DNA of 64,000 nucleotides from Balamuthia mandrillaris. Taxonomy: Eukaryota. Where the stretch lies: the NCBI GenBank assembly GCA_031835245.2, contig JAVKOQ020000078.1:124001-188000 (forward strand). The letters run 5' to 3'. Shown piece by piece: positions 25,387 through 37,730 of the stretch. The notes under the pieces were generated by a model that was not told the DNA's origin, did not search any database, and saw nothing but the letters and a program-made list of their open reading frames with translations. The stretch's first letter is position 1. Each line of letters opens with the position of its first letter. Position numbers and translations under genes: made by a program.

Positions 25387-25899
25387 TTACTTGTCGAGGT
25401 CCTTATCTACAGGAGCTTTCCAGAGCTGTCTGAGGCCGTTGCTGATGCCCTGGTCCACGAGGTTGTACTTGAGAAAGCCAAGGGTGGCCAAGAGCGTGAA
25501 GATGGGGAGCACACGGTTGACGGCAGGGGCATAGCCTCGCGGCACGTAGTCGGTGATGACGTGCCTCATGCCGACGTGAGCGTGGGCGGGGATCAAGAGG
25601 CCGGTCACCAGGTCAAAGGGCATGGCCAGCAGCGAGGAGAAGGAGCTGACGATGAGACCAGCGGGCAGAGTGACTGCCAAGATCTTTGAGCCAAGGTTGA
25701 ACATGTAGTAGTGGTGAGAGCCTTCGGCCACTCCTTTGGAGGCGCGCAGGAACTCCTGCACTCGATTGAGGGGAGTGCTGCTGCTAGCCATGCGCCGAGA
25801 GGTGGTGGCGAGGGCTGTGGAGCTAGCCACGCGCAAGGCGCCCGTTCTCATGCCCATGCACATGGGACCAGCCAGAAAAGAAGTTCCTTGGCGCAACAT
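25387..25899 (-). CDS. SDH4: Succinate dehydrogenase cytochrome b small subunit (CybS), intronless, with mitochondrial presequence
   Basis: Arg/Ser/Ala-rich presequence, GSHH, HAHVGMRHVITDYVP, G....RQLWK. Confidence 0.92.
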   Translation of the reverse strand: MLRQGTSFLAGPMCMGMRTGALRVASSTALATTSRRMASSSTPLNRVQEFLRASKGVAEGSHHYYMFNLGSKILAVTLPAGLIVSSFSSLLAMPFDLVTGLLIPAHAHVGMRHVITDYVPRGYAPAVNRVLPIFTLLATLGFLKYNLVDQGISNGLRQLWKAPVDKDLDK

Positions 25900-26204
25900 T
25901 GCTCTCGCTCCGTCTTTCTCTCTCTTTTTTGTTGCTTTCTTTTGTTGTCGAACCAATTGGTTCCCCGACTCCTCATGTCGACATTTAAAATTATATCGGG
26001 TCGACCTTATTGTCTACATCAAATATCTTTCCCGCCTTTTTTTTCGCAGGCACTATCCAACGGTAACGTTACGCACAGCAGCGCAAAGGGAGGGCGGCCC
26101 GCCCTCACGCTATTTCCTTTTTCTTTTTCCACACTACTACAAACCACACCACACCACAAGAGAGCAAGCCAGCCAGACGTACGCACGAAACAAGCGAACA
26201 GACA

Positions 26205-28419
26205 ATGCGCGACAACATTAAACGAGGACGCTCCCGTTCCCTCTCCCCGCGGGCCACGCGCCGCTCCCGCTCCAGGGAGAGCTCCCACGACCACACCAAG
26301 CGTGCCAGAAGGCACCGCTCCCGGTCGCGGTCTCCGGAGAGTCAGCGTCGCTCGCGGGACAGGAGTTCCGGAGCTCGTTCTCGCTCCAGAACTTACTATG
26401 AGGAAGATCATCATGAGAGACATCATAGGGACGCTTCTCGCACTTCCGAGCGTCGTGGTTCCCGAGAGCGCGACTCGCGCAGTCGATCAAAGTCGAGAGA
26501 AAGATCAGGTTTTGTCCTACCCTCATTTCTTTTTGTTGCTTGTTGACTGACAACCAAACAAAATAGAGAGAACAAGTTGGAGAGACACCAAGTCAAAGGG
26601 CCCTTCCTCTCGGCGAATGGAGGTTGACAAAGGAAGAAGCTATGATTACGACCATTACTCTTCCTTTGATTCCTCTTCCTCTGCTGTCCGCCAGCAGCGA
26701 AGATTGAAGGAAGAGACTGAGACCTATCGCATCAGAGCGGAAGAAAAGCTTCAGAAATTTGACTGTGCGTTCACTCACTCACTCTCAATTTTCTCTCGTG
26801 CTCTTCTCTCTTTTGTTGCTTCTGTGCTAACTTAGTCTGGAAAGTGAACCATGAGGACTTGCAATTTGTGCCAGTAGCGTCACCTGAGCGGATGAGCAAA
26901 GCTGGTTATTGCGACGAACAGACTATTCTTTCGCTTTGGCAGCAAAAGAACCGTCTGGATGAACTGTTCGACAGTGGCCATGCTGCTGTCTATTACAAGT
27001 ACGCCATTCTTGCTTCAATCTAGCTGCTTTCGTATGTATCATTCACACGTATTACCTGCTGTTGTTCAGGATAAGAGAAGACTTGTTTCCACAAGAAAAG
27101 AAGAGAACTGGCCGGTTATGGCACAAGACAGGAGACAAACTCGAAGAGATCATTCGGTCCGTTAAGTTCTTTGACAACCTCTCCTCTCGTTTTGAGCATA
27201 CCACCTTTTTGGACGTGTGCGGCGGGCCTGGTGCTTTTTCTCAGCTCTTGTTGGAGTTGGCGCCTAAACCTTGTTTCGGTTATGGTCTCACCCTCACAAT
27301 GGAGAAGAAAGCAGAGCTTGAACAACAAATAGAAGATAAGGCAAAGAGTGAGAAGGATGAAGAAGATACGGATAAACCTGGAAGCACGAAGCAAGTGAAT
27401 GATCATCCCGCTTCTCTGCCACCTGCCCAATGGTATCAAAGGCTTTTGCAAGACAAGCAACACTTTGTGGTGTTGAACGGCAAAGATGGCACCGGCGACG
27501 TCAACAATCCAGAGAATCTGGACGACGTTGTGGAGCGCATCTCCAAAGCCAGGGCAGAAGAAGCAGAAGACCAGAAGAAGGAAGAGGAAGAAGCGGCTTC
27601 TTCTAGGATAGCAAGAAGAGGACGAGAGGTGGATCCCGAAAGAGAGAAGATGAGGGAGGAGCGAGAACGTCAGCGAATGGAGCAACTGCAGGATCTCAGG
27701 AAGCGAGTCAACTTGGTGGTAGCCGATGGTGGCCATGAAGTGCAAAAGAACCAAAAGGGAGAGCACATGGAGAACTACCAGGAGCTCTTCTCGGGCCACG
27801 TCCTTCTATCCGAAATTGTCGTCATGCTCAAGACTCTTCGTCCTGGTACCATCTCTTTCTCCTTCTCTCTGTTCGCCTTTCATGTTCTCATCTCTGTTCG
27901 CCGTTCTCTCGCACAGGAGGAAACTTTGTATGCAAAGTGTATGACTGCTTCTCCGATCTGACAGCCTCTGCCCTCTACATCATGACCCTGCTCTTTGACG
28001 AGGTCTTCATCATCAAGCCCCTGCACAGCCGCGTTGTCAACTCGGAGCGCTTCATCGTGTGCAAGAGGATGCGCGAGCACGGCCGCTCCTTTGCTCTTCT
28101 TTCTTCCGTCTTGTTGGAGCTTCATCGCAAGTGGTGGGACCACAAGGAGGGAGTTGAAGAGAAGCACAGCCCCAAGTCGTTGTTGCCGATGGAGCAGATG
28201 AAGAAGGACAAGGCCTTTATGAGGAGCATCCAACGCATGAACGAAGGCATTTGCGAGAAGCAACAATTGGCGTTGCGTTCCGTCTTGAGAGAGGTCAACC
28301 ACGCGCTCTCCTCTTTGTCATCATCGTCAAACAGCAAAGAGAGTGACGAGCGCAAGACGAAGGAGAGCATGAGGAGGGAAGAGCTTCACCACGTCTCTCG
28401 TTCTGTTGCTGCTCACTAA
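26205..28419 (+). CDS. FtsJ-family cap-specific 2'-O-ribose methyltransferase (CMTR-like) with N-terminal RS domain
   Basis: FLDVCGGPGAFSQ, LVVADGG, GNFVCKVYD and IKP.HSR..NSERF, matching the K-D-K-E tetrad. First exon is RS/RE-rich. Confidence 0.88.
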
Positions 28420-28576
28420 AAATAAAAGCTCTTCAGACAACGTTTCTTTTTTTTTTTCCTTTGGTCCCCAGCAATGGTTTTGGTCGATGGAAGAAAGAAA
28501 GATGAAAAACCTAATCACTTAAATCTACACACAAAAAAAGCTTGAAACAAAACAAGATCAGGAGCTAAAGAAAAAA

Positions 28577-29353
28577 CTACTTTCTCGCTCTAATCTTCTT
28601 TCTGAGACGCTCTCTGGCGGATGAGCCACTTGTCTTTTTGATGGGAGAGGCAACACCACCAGCGGCACTACTGCCAGTCTTTCTTGTCGTCGTCGATGGG
28701 GCGGCTCTCTTCACCGTATGGGAAGGGTTGGGCTTTCTTCTCCGCTCGACGTGAACGGGAGGAGCCGTCAGCTCGATGACCGTCCGGCTGCGCTTCTTGG
28801 CCTCGTTTTCTTGGTACATCTGGCGTAGCTTGCCGCGAGTGCCCTGAAGCCTCGCCAGCGTGGCCTCATCGATCACATCTTCCTTCTTTGTGGAGGAAGG
28901 GCGAGAAGGTGGTCGAGACGAAGAAGAAGATGAAGAAGGAGAAGAGCTCTTGCTCTTTTTTGAGATTCGTTTGGGTTCTTGACTGGACTCTTCAAGTCCT
29001 TCTCCTTCAGAGGAAGAAGAGCTGAAATAAGAGGAGGAGGAGGAGGAGGAAGTGAAAGAATGTTTGCTGTTCTTTATGGGAGTGTTGTATTCGTCTTCAG
29101 AGCTGTCGCTTTCCTCATCAGAGCCGAAGAGGGAGGAGGCAGACTCCTTCTTGCAAATCTCTTCTTCTGGCCTCTTGCGTGCTGCCAAGCCTGAAGAAGT
29201 TTTGCCATTGGACTTTGATTTGGATGCGGTTGCGGAAGGGATGATTTTGGAGGGCTGAGGACGGAGCTCAAAGCTCAAAATGTCATCATCGTCGTGTTCT
29301 GCTTGTTTCTCCGCAAAGACGTGCGTTGCAGGCCCTTTGTTGGTCTTCAACAT
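28577..29353 (-). CDS. Hypothetical low-complexity Ser/Lys-rich protein, intronless
   Basis: Open 258-codon frame from ATG 29353 with coding-like composition. No recognised domain. Confidence 0.6.
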   Translation of the reverse strand: MLKTNKGPATHVFAEKQAEHDDDDILSFELRPQPSKIIPSATASKSKSNGKTSSGLAARKRPEEEICKKESASSLFGSDEESDSSEDEYNTPIKNSKHSFTSSSSSSSYFSSSSSEGEGLEESSQEPKRISKKSKSSSPSSSSSSSRPPSRPSSTKKEDVIDEATLARLQGTRGKLRQMYQENEAKKRSRTVIELTAPPVHVERRRKPNPSHTVKRAAPSTTTRKTGSSAAGGVASPIKKTSGSSARERLRKKIRARK

Positions 29354-29635
29354 CTTTTTTTTTTTGAATGCTTTCTTTCTTCTGTTGGCAAACGAAATGA
29401 CCTGTTTGAATGGAAACGAAGAAACAAAGGAAGCAAGGGGGGAAAAAAAGAAGAAGAGAAGACAACAAAAATAAATTACAGAGCAACCCCCCCAAAAAAA
29501 GGCGACTAGGACACGCACGCCCCCTAGTTTTCTCTCTTCTTTCTCCTGCCTTGCCTCGCTTCTTCCTTCTCTGCAAAAAAAAAAAATTTGTTTGTTGTTC
29601 TTCCTTTTCTCCGCTTCACCACCTCAACACATAAA

Positions 29636-29681
29636 TGTCGACAAATCTTCACGACGTCATGAAAAAATCGTCACGACGTCA
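29636..29681. promoter_or_regulatory. Divergent promoter with TGTCGACA and two TCACGACGTCA copies
   Basis: TGTCGACA at 29636 and TCACGACGTCA at 29649 and 29671, between divergent ATGs at 29353 and 29830. Confidence 0.6.
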
Positions 29682-29829
29682 CGAGCAATCAAAAACACAC
29701 GGGAAAACAAACGAAGTAGCAGAGAAACGAAGAAGGACGACACGTTTGAAGTGGGGCCCCTGCAGAGCATTTCTTTCTGCCGAAAGGGTTGGAGTGGCGC
29801 GGGAGGAGGAGGAGAAGAAAAAAAATACC

Positions 29830-30579
29830 ATGTGGACAACGTTGTCGCCGAATCTCCGGCTGTTGCTGGGGCTCGTCTTTGTAGATAAATTGGCGATGAA
29901 CCTGGTGGTGCCATTGCTGCCCTTTCACCTGGCCAAGCTGACGGAAAACGATGCTACCATTGGATATTTGGCCTCTCTCTTCAGTCTTACACAACTCCTT
30001 GGCGCTCCTTTGAGTGAGTATCTCTACACTTCCAATCATGCGTGCATGCATGTGATACGTTGTTTTTGGCTAACGTAACCGTTGTTTGTTCCTAGTGGGC
30101 CGGCTCAGCGATACGTTTGGTCGGAGTCAGACGCTCGCTTTTTGTTTTCTGGCCAGCAACGTAACTCCTCTCTCCTCTTCCCTCCTCCCTCCTCCGTCCT
30201 CTCTCCCTTCTTTTCTCTCCTTTTTTTTTCCGTTGCTTTTTGCTCAAGTGAACACATATGACACAAAACAACCAACAGGCAGGGTACCTGTTGATGGGGT
30301 GGGCTCCTACTTTGCCCATTATTTTTTTGGCATGTGGTTTAGTGGGGCTTGTACGGCACTCTCCCTCGCTTGGTGCTGCCTATGTCACCGCAAGCTCCTC
30401 TGTTCTAGATCGTGTACAGTCATTAAGGTTCTTTCTCTATTTATTTCTCTTCTCTTTGTTTTCTTTCGGATTTTAGCTCTGTGATTAATACTGTTGCCAG
30501 TTATCTTGGAACAGCTTCAGGTCTTGGGTTGATTGTCGGACCAGCCATAGGAGGTATCTCCCTCCCTGCCGCCCTCCCT

Positions 30580-30624
<45 letters not shown>

Positions 30625-32006
30625 TCCCTCTCCCTCTCCCTCTGCTCTCTCGTCTCTCCTCTCTCCTCTCTCCTTCTCCTTCTCCTCTCTCGCTTACTGA
30701 ACACTTGTGACCAAGGACTATTGCACGAACACAATCCGAATCTCCCGACGGCCATTTGTTGTTTATTACTTTGTATCAACTTTTTCCTTTGCTATTTTTA
30801 TCTGCCAGAACCCAGCCGAAGCTCCATCTCTTCTCCTTCGTCAACAGCTGACGATCAACTCTTCTATTCCGATAAAAATGACTCTACCAAGACAGAAGCC
30901 ACAGATGCAACGGCCGAATCTTCATCCGTTGTCATTGCTATCAACAAACTTGAAGCAGATAAACAAAAGGCTGATTCCCTTTATGAGGCTGATTCGCCAC
31001 GAGACGTTTGCTTTGACGGGATGACGACCTCTGGACAGAGTTTCTTCTCTGGCATGTGGAACATGCTCACCCAAAGCAACCTTTTGTTCTTCTTTCTTGT
31101 TAGCTTTTGCTGTAATTTGGTATGTTATTCTCATTCTTGCTTCTCTTCTTGCTACATAATAACCTTCTGAACTCGCATATAGGTTTTCAGCATGTTCCAG
31201 TCCTGTTTTACTGTGATAGGAAAACAACGCTTTGGAATGGATGCACAAATGAACGGCGTGTTGTTGTCCTACATAGGAGCTATTCTCGTCTTTGTGCAAG
31301 TCTTTGTAGTTGGTTCGCTCGCCAACCGTATTCGAGGTCAGTTGTTTAAAATTTAAATGCTTTCTTATTTACGTTCTTAACCAACCAAACAAAAAAAACC
31401 CAGAGAATTTGCTGATACAGCTGACGCTATTGTGCTTGGGGTCATCTCTATTCTTAACTTCATTGGCACCTTCTCTATCCGTTTTGATGCTGCTAATGCT
31501 GCCTCTCGTGCTGAGCCATGGCATCATTAAGACGTGTACACTAAGCTCTATCACCAAGGTATTTCTTTCACTTGTTGCTTTGTTATCATCTGTAATGTTG
31601 TTATCAACTTTTAATCCTTCGTTAAAAAAAAAAAAAAACAAAAACAGAGTGTAAGAAAGGCAGATGCAGGAGGGGCTATTGGGGTTGCAAAGGCGGTGGA
31701 TAACGTTGCTCGTGTGCTAGGCCCTTCGTTTGGGGGGCTTTTGCTCGAGTTTAGGTTCGGTTTCTCTCTCTCTCTCTTGTCTCTTTTGCGCTCTTGTTGT
31801 TTATTCTGTTATCTGTAAATTTAAACAGTGGGACGAGAGGACCGGGCTTCTTCGGAGGAACTCTGCTGGCCTTTGCTTCTCTGTTTCTGTTCGGGGGGAA
31901 TCATTACGGATTCAACGGCCGACTCTTTTGTTGCGGCTCGCTTCGCAAAAAGTACCACCAGAAGGCCTCATCCGGCATGCACGATGAGCTTCTCCTGCCT
32001 GCATAA
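29830..32006 (+). CDS. MFS transporter (tetracycline-resistance/MFSD9-like)
   Basis: LVVPLLPF, motif A GRLSDTFGR, motif C GLGLIVGPAIGG, VARVLGP, and multiple transmembrane segments. Confidence 0.9.
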
Positions 32007-32330
32007 GAAGCACACCACAAAACACAAAAAAAAAAAAACAAAACAAAAACAAAAACCGAACCTCCGACGTCATCGTTCTCCAAATATGCGCATGGCGATT
32101 GTGGGGCGACGGTTCACTAAAGGATCCACGCACAAAAAAAAAGTGGCGGTTTGGAACGAAGAAGAGAACGGCAAGGCTGCAAGAGAAGTAGAAAGGAGAC
32201 TGGTAGCAGGAACAGAAGAAGAAAGAGGATCCACTGTTACTGTCACGGGTTCGTGTTTATTAGTTCATGAACTTATTTTTGGTCAATTGACTTTGTTTTT
32301 TCAAGATAGACAGAAAAAGGGAACAGAAAG

Positions 32331-33171
32331 ATGGCATTTCTCAAGTTTGGTACGTTGCGACAGTCCATGTTGGAACGCATGAACCGCGTCGATACGGTGG
32401 AGCCACCGGAAATGAAAGCGGAAGAGAGGGTACATTTTCTGTCTTTGTGCCCCTTTTTTTGATAACTGTTTTCTTGTTATCATTTCATCTAACTAACAAC
32501 AAAAACCAAATACTACAGCAACTTATAGAAAGCTATCAACATATCAAACAACTGTACACGTGTTTGTTGAAAGAAAGCAAATTGGTTACGGAAAGCTTTC
32601 AAGAGGGCAAAGTGACAGCGCAAGTGATATCTTCCTACGGCAGTACTCTCAATCAAAACAATGAACGGCCACAATTTGGTTTGTTTTCTTCCTCTTTCCT
32701 TCATTCTTCTTTCTTCCTTCGTCGGTTTATGCTCTAGGTTATTATATGCTTTTGTTGTTATCTTCTTATCTTCCGATTTTCGTGTCTTTGGCGTACAGCT
32801 TCCTTACTGAAAGATGTGAGTGAATTGGTGCACGAGTATAATAGCACCATACAATCCCTTAATGGACAACGTGTCAATGCCATGATGGTTCCAGCACGCA
32901 ACTGGCAACAAACCAAGATCAAGCCAGCTCGTGTTAGTTTTTTTCTCTTAACAGATTTTTCACCTTGGCTTGTTCTCTTTTTGTAGTTTCTCTAACAAGA
33001 TTAAATAACTATCTATTTTCAGGAAGAGAAACGAAAATACGATCGTATTCGACTAGCCTATGACGCAGCAATAGCAGCCAACAAGTCGTTGAAAGCAAAG
33101 CCCAACGTGAGCGAGGCAAGAATGCTTGAGGTGTGTTTGCGTCCATTACTGTGTGTTCGCGTTGTAATTGA

Positions 33172-33215
<44 letters not shown>

Positions 33216-35430
33216 TCTTTCCCTCCCTCCCTCCCTCCCCTATTTGCATATTCAGTCAGAACAAATGGTAGAAGAAAAAAGAGCAGCATTTGAGCAGGTC
33301 AGCTTCTCCTCGTTGGAATGTTTAGAAACAACCAACGACCAAACTGAATGTGCAATGATGGAGCTTATGTGCAAGTTTGTGGAAGCGCACTACGAAATGT
33401 TTAAGGTTAGTGACGATAAACACATGTTTTAATTTTTTTTGTCCAGCTCTTTAACCTTATCGAAAAATAATAATATAACCAAACGTACAGAAAGGCCATG
33501 AGCTATTCGCGGCTTACATGCCGAAGCTCGAATTTTACAAGCGTCACATGGAAAACAAGAAAGAGGAAATGAAACAAAAGCAAGCGGATAGGTATCTGCA
33601 AAGGGAGCGCAACTACCGAAAATCCAAAACGCCGCCCACTTTTACCAGGGTTTGGTTTCTGTTTTCTTATTTATCTTCACATTCTCATATTTCCTATTAT
33701 ATTTCCTAAATATTTAGACGCAAATATTCGGGATGCCACTGGAACTGATACTACAAAGAGATGGCGGAACAATTCCAAAGATAGTTGAGCAATGTCTTTA
33801 CTATGTTGAGAAATATGGTTTGTTTGATATTATGGCCTCTCTTATCTTTCTGCGTATCTCAGGCAATTTGCTGAACGTTCTCCAAATTGATTGTTGTTGG
33901 CAGCAATGGACACAATAGGCATCTTTCGTATCTCAGGCAACCAAGTTCAGATTAGAAATTTAATAGGGCGTATCAACAGTGGTGGGCCTCTCTCTTCTCT
34001 CTCCTCTCGTTGTCTATTTCAATGCTAACTGTTACGTTATCACAGGAGATGTAATTAACTTTGAGAAAGAAGGCACGGATTGTCATATAGTGACTGGCAT
34101 TTTGAAAACATTTTTAGCTGAGCTTCCAGAGCCTCTCCTCACTCATCAGAGCTATCAAAGATGCATTTCTCTAAGCAAAGGTATGTGTGTTCATCATTTT
34201 ATATTCGAAATTCTTATAATCCTAATAACATTACTGTACGAAATGAATTGTGTTCCAAAATCAGAAGAAGACACAGAAAAACAACTTAAAGGAATAGCGG
34301 CCCTCTTCCATGAACTCCCTCCCGCCAATCTTAGCCTACTCCAACGGCTTCTGTACAGCCTCCATTCCATTTCACTTCAACACACAAAGAACCTGATGAG
34401 CTCGGACAACCTGGCCACTGTAATTGCTCCCAACATATTATACAACGACAGCGTCTCAGCAGCAGAAATGCTGAACGGCATCGCTGCTGCCAACTCTCTA
34501 GTGGACTGCATGATAACAGGTTTTCCTTTACTCTTTCCTGACTACACTCCGCCTTGCCCTTCTGTCATTTCATCATCTTCTTCTTCTGTTCAACCACCTC
34601 ATAACGATTTGAGCAATGAACAAGCCATTTCTCCGGCCACAAAACATCGCGACCATTGTCCAAAACCAGTCTCCTTTTCCCCTTCTTCATTGTCACCCGA
34701 AACCAGGCATAAGCATCGTCGTCGTTATAGTGATGATGGAGTGCACAATGATGAAGATCCTGCCCTTTCACCTTCCCCATTAACTGCAACAAGAACAGAA
34801 GATAATCTTGGCGATGATGAGGCTTCAGAGGCAAGGCAACAATGCTCGCAATGCACGGTGGCGCCCTCCTCTGCCAAGACTAGACGGATCGCTGCTCCTC
34901 CTCTCCCCAAGCGCGGTTTGCCTCTGGCTTTCGCCTCGCAGTCTGCTCCGTCCACGTCATCTTCCTCGTGGGAGAACGTTCGTCCGTCATCTTTGGAGCT
35001 GAAAGCAATGATCAGCGGCTCTCCTCCCACCTCTCCTAAGGCAACACTTCATCGTCAGGCCTCTCTGATTTTGGAAGATGACAAGCGAAAGCTTCTCCAC
35101 AGCACCAACAAGGAGAAACACCAGGGAGAAGCCCACCATTCCGAAGACCAAAACGGAGAAACGGTGCGAGGAGAAGAGCCGACTGTGCTTGTGGAAGCAT
35201 CATCGATCCCAGAGAATGAAGCCCTTCCAAAACGCAAGATGATGGCACACCGCAACTCAGTGGACAAGCCGAAACAACCCCCTGTTGTGGAACACAAGAA
35301 AGGCGGTTGGAGTGTTGCTCGTCCCACACACCAGAGCAGCACCAGCACGGATGACACCGGTGGTGACGACCCCCTGATGACCGCCGTTGCAGCGAGCGGT
35401 TCTTCTGTTAGTGTCACAGAAAGCAAATAG
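32331..35430 (+). CDS. BAR-like helical domain + RhoGAP protein
   Basis: Helical N-terminus with KRKYDRIRLAYDA. RhoGAP IFGMPLE..IPKIVEQC, GIFRISGN, LKTFLAELPEPL, NLMSSDNLATVIAPN. Confidence 0.85.
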
Positions 35431-35619
35431 ACATTGGTTCTTATTGTTGCTGTTGTCATTGTAGAGAACAGGTTGCTTCGTTTCTCTCTCTCTCTCTCTC
35501 CCCTCTTGCCCAGGGTGTATTGCCAAAATGGGCACCCATCGCACTTTGGTGTCGACACTAAAGTTATAGTGTGCCACAAACCCGAAGGAGGCAAGCAGCG
35601 CGCGCGCGAGCGAGCCCTG

Positions 35620-37688
35620 ATGGAAGCCAGAAGGAAGAGGCCCTCTTTGGGGTAAGCGCTCACTCTGCTTAAGCACCTACCTCAAGTTTCGAGAGCGTGT
35701 GCGTCGTGTGTTGTTTGTTTTTGTTTGGTTTTGACAAAAAAAATTCGGTAGGAAAGGGCTGGATCTACTGGAGCGAAGGATGAGGGGTACGTCCGCTGCC
35801 GCCACTGTACGTAGAATAGCTCTACTCGTTTCTTGCTCTCTCCTGAATGTTATGTTGCGTTTTCTTCTTCGCTATGCCAGCCAAGCGGAACAAGCAAAAG
35901 GCGGAGACTGGCGCAAGGAAGGGACTCCCTGGTGCTCAACCGCCGGCAACTTGCTGCCACCACTCGACGAACCTCGACGAATGAAAGTTCATCTCAAGAA
36001 GAAGCAACAGAAGAGGAGACCGAAGGACAAACTACCGATATACTCAACGAACTGTTACAAGGACCTCGTCCAGAAGCAATCCAAAAACCTTCTGCCTCTG
36101 CGACACCACAACGGCGTGGACGCTCCTCCTTCTCTTCCTCTTCCGTCGGTGACTCGCCCACCCCTTTTCCCTACACTCCCACCTCGAAAACCTCTCCCAG
36201 GAAGATCATCCGTCAAGTCATTCAGGACCTCACACCGCAACCATCGCCATCGCCGCCTTCTCCTTCTGCTTCTCCTTCCTTTTATGGCTCTCCTTCTCCT
36301 TCTTTGGTCGCTGAGAGAGAGCCACTTTCTGGCCCTGCCTCCATTCAACTCCCAGAAGAAGAGTTTCATCCTTCTCCCTCTTCTTCTCCTCTCTACACCT
36401 CTTCACTGACCCCCACGCAACGGTACGAACCTGCTTCTTCTACTCTTCAGCAAAACAATAGAGAACAAGAAGAAGAGGTAGCAGAACAGGAAGAAGATGA
36501 TTACCCTGAACAAAACGATGCAACCCCCGGCAGAAATCCGGAGCGACGAAGAGGAGACGATGGCAACTACACTCCAATCCGCTCTTTGAACAACAGCAGA
36601 GCCAGCTATAGCAACGCCCCCACCACTCCCATCTCAGCCTTTGCCTCTCTGGCAAACACTCCCATCGCCTACAACGCTTCTCCTTTTTCCTCCACCTCTG
36701 CGTCTCCCATAGGCCCACCAGACAAAGAGACCTTGTCTGCCAATGAGCCTTCCACAACCATTCTTGGGGTTTCCGTCACTCAAGAATTACCACTTCCATT
36801 TTCTTCACCTTCTGTCGTTGCTGAAGAAGCTGAGGAAGATGACGATGACGAGACTGCAACTAGATTAGAACCGATCAAAGGAGTGGACATGAAAGTACCG
36901 TACCTCTCTCTGCCAGGATTTGACGAGGTTGCTCTTCCTTTTGATAGCGACAGTGATAGAGAAGACAGCCATCACAATGACGACGGTCCGCCCCACTTAC
37001 AACGTGTACAGCAACAAGAAGAAAAGATAGCAACAAACCGGACATTTCGTTCTCGCTACGGGCGGTTGGCAGCTGCTCGTCGTGCTGTTGGTCCTCAATC
37101 TCGAAAACCAACTTTATCTTTCTCTCGAAAGAAGAGCGCAACAACATCAGCAGCAAAGACAACCAGAAATAGCAAACGCAATGCAAACCAACAAGAAGAA
37201 CAAGCGGCATCGCCACAACTTCTACCTTTGGCCTCCACCACTCAGCTTTTGAGCCGCTATGTCACCGATCCTAAACTAAAACTCTCTCCTGAAGCCCTGC
37301 AAGTGATACATAATGGGTTCGTCGGTCATTCATTATTTGTTTTTGTGTTTGTTCTCTTCTCTCATGCAAATGTATTGCAGAACGCATGAGTTTATGGAAC
37401 AAGTATCGCATGACCTGGCCGCATTTGCACGGCATGCTCGTCGCAAGACCATTGAACGTGCTGACGTTGAGATGCTAATGAAAAGGTATTTTTTCCAACC
37501 CACTTTTTTAACAAAACCAAACTAACTTGTAACATGCAAAATGCTCCAGACAAAGGATTGTCAACGAAAAGAAAAGCATCACTGACGTGGCACATGAACT
37601 TTTGGATGGCGCTGCAGTCAGAGAACTTGTACCTATAGCTCGCGCTTACAACGATGTTGTACCCAAAAGAGGTTTCAAACGAAAGTGA
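35620..37688 (+). CDS. CENPT: CENP-T-like kinetochore protein (disordered N-terminus + C-terminal histone fold)
   Basis: C-terminus EALQVI...[36 protein letters not shown]...AHELL...ELVPIARAYNDVVP matches the CENP-T histone fold and its extension. Long S/T-P-rich N-terminus. Confidence 0.8.
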
Positions 37689-37730
37689 AGGGGAAAAAAA
37701 GAGGACCAAGTTCATTTTTTTCTTCTACTT

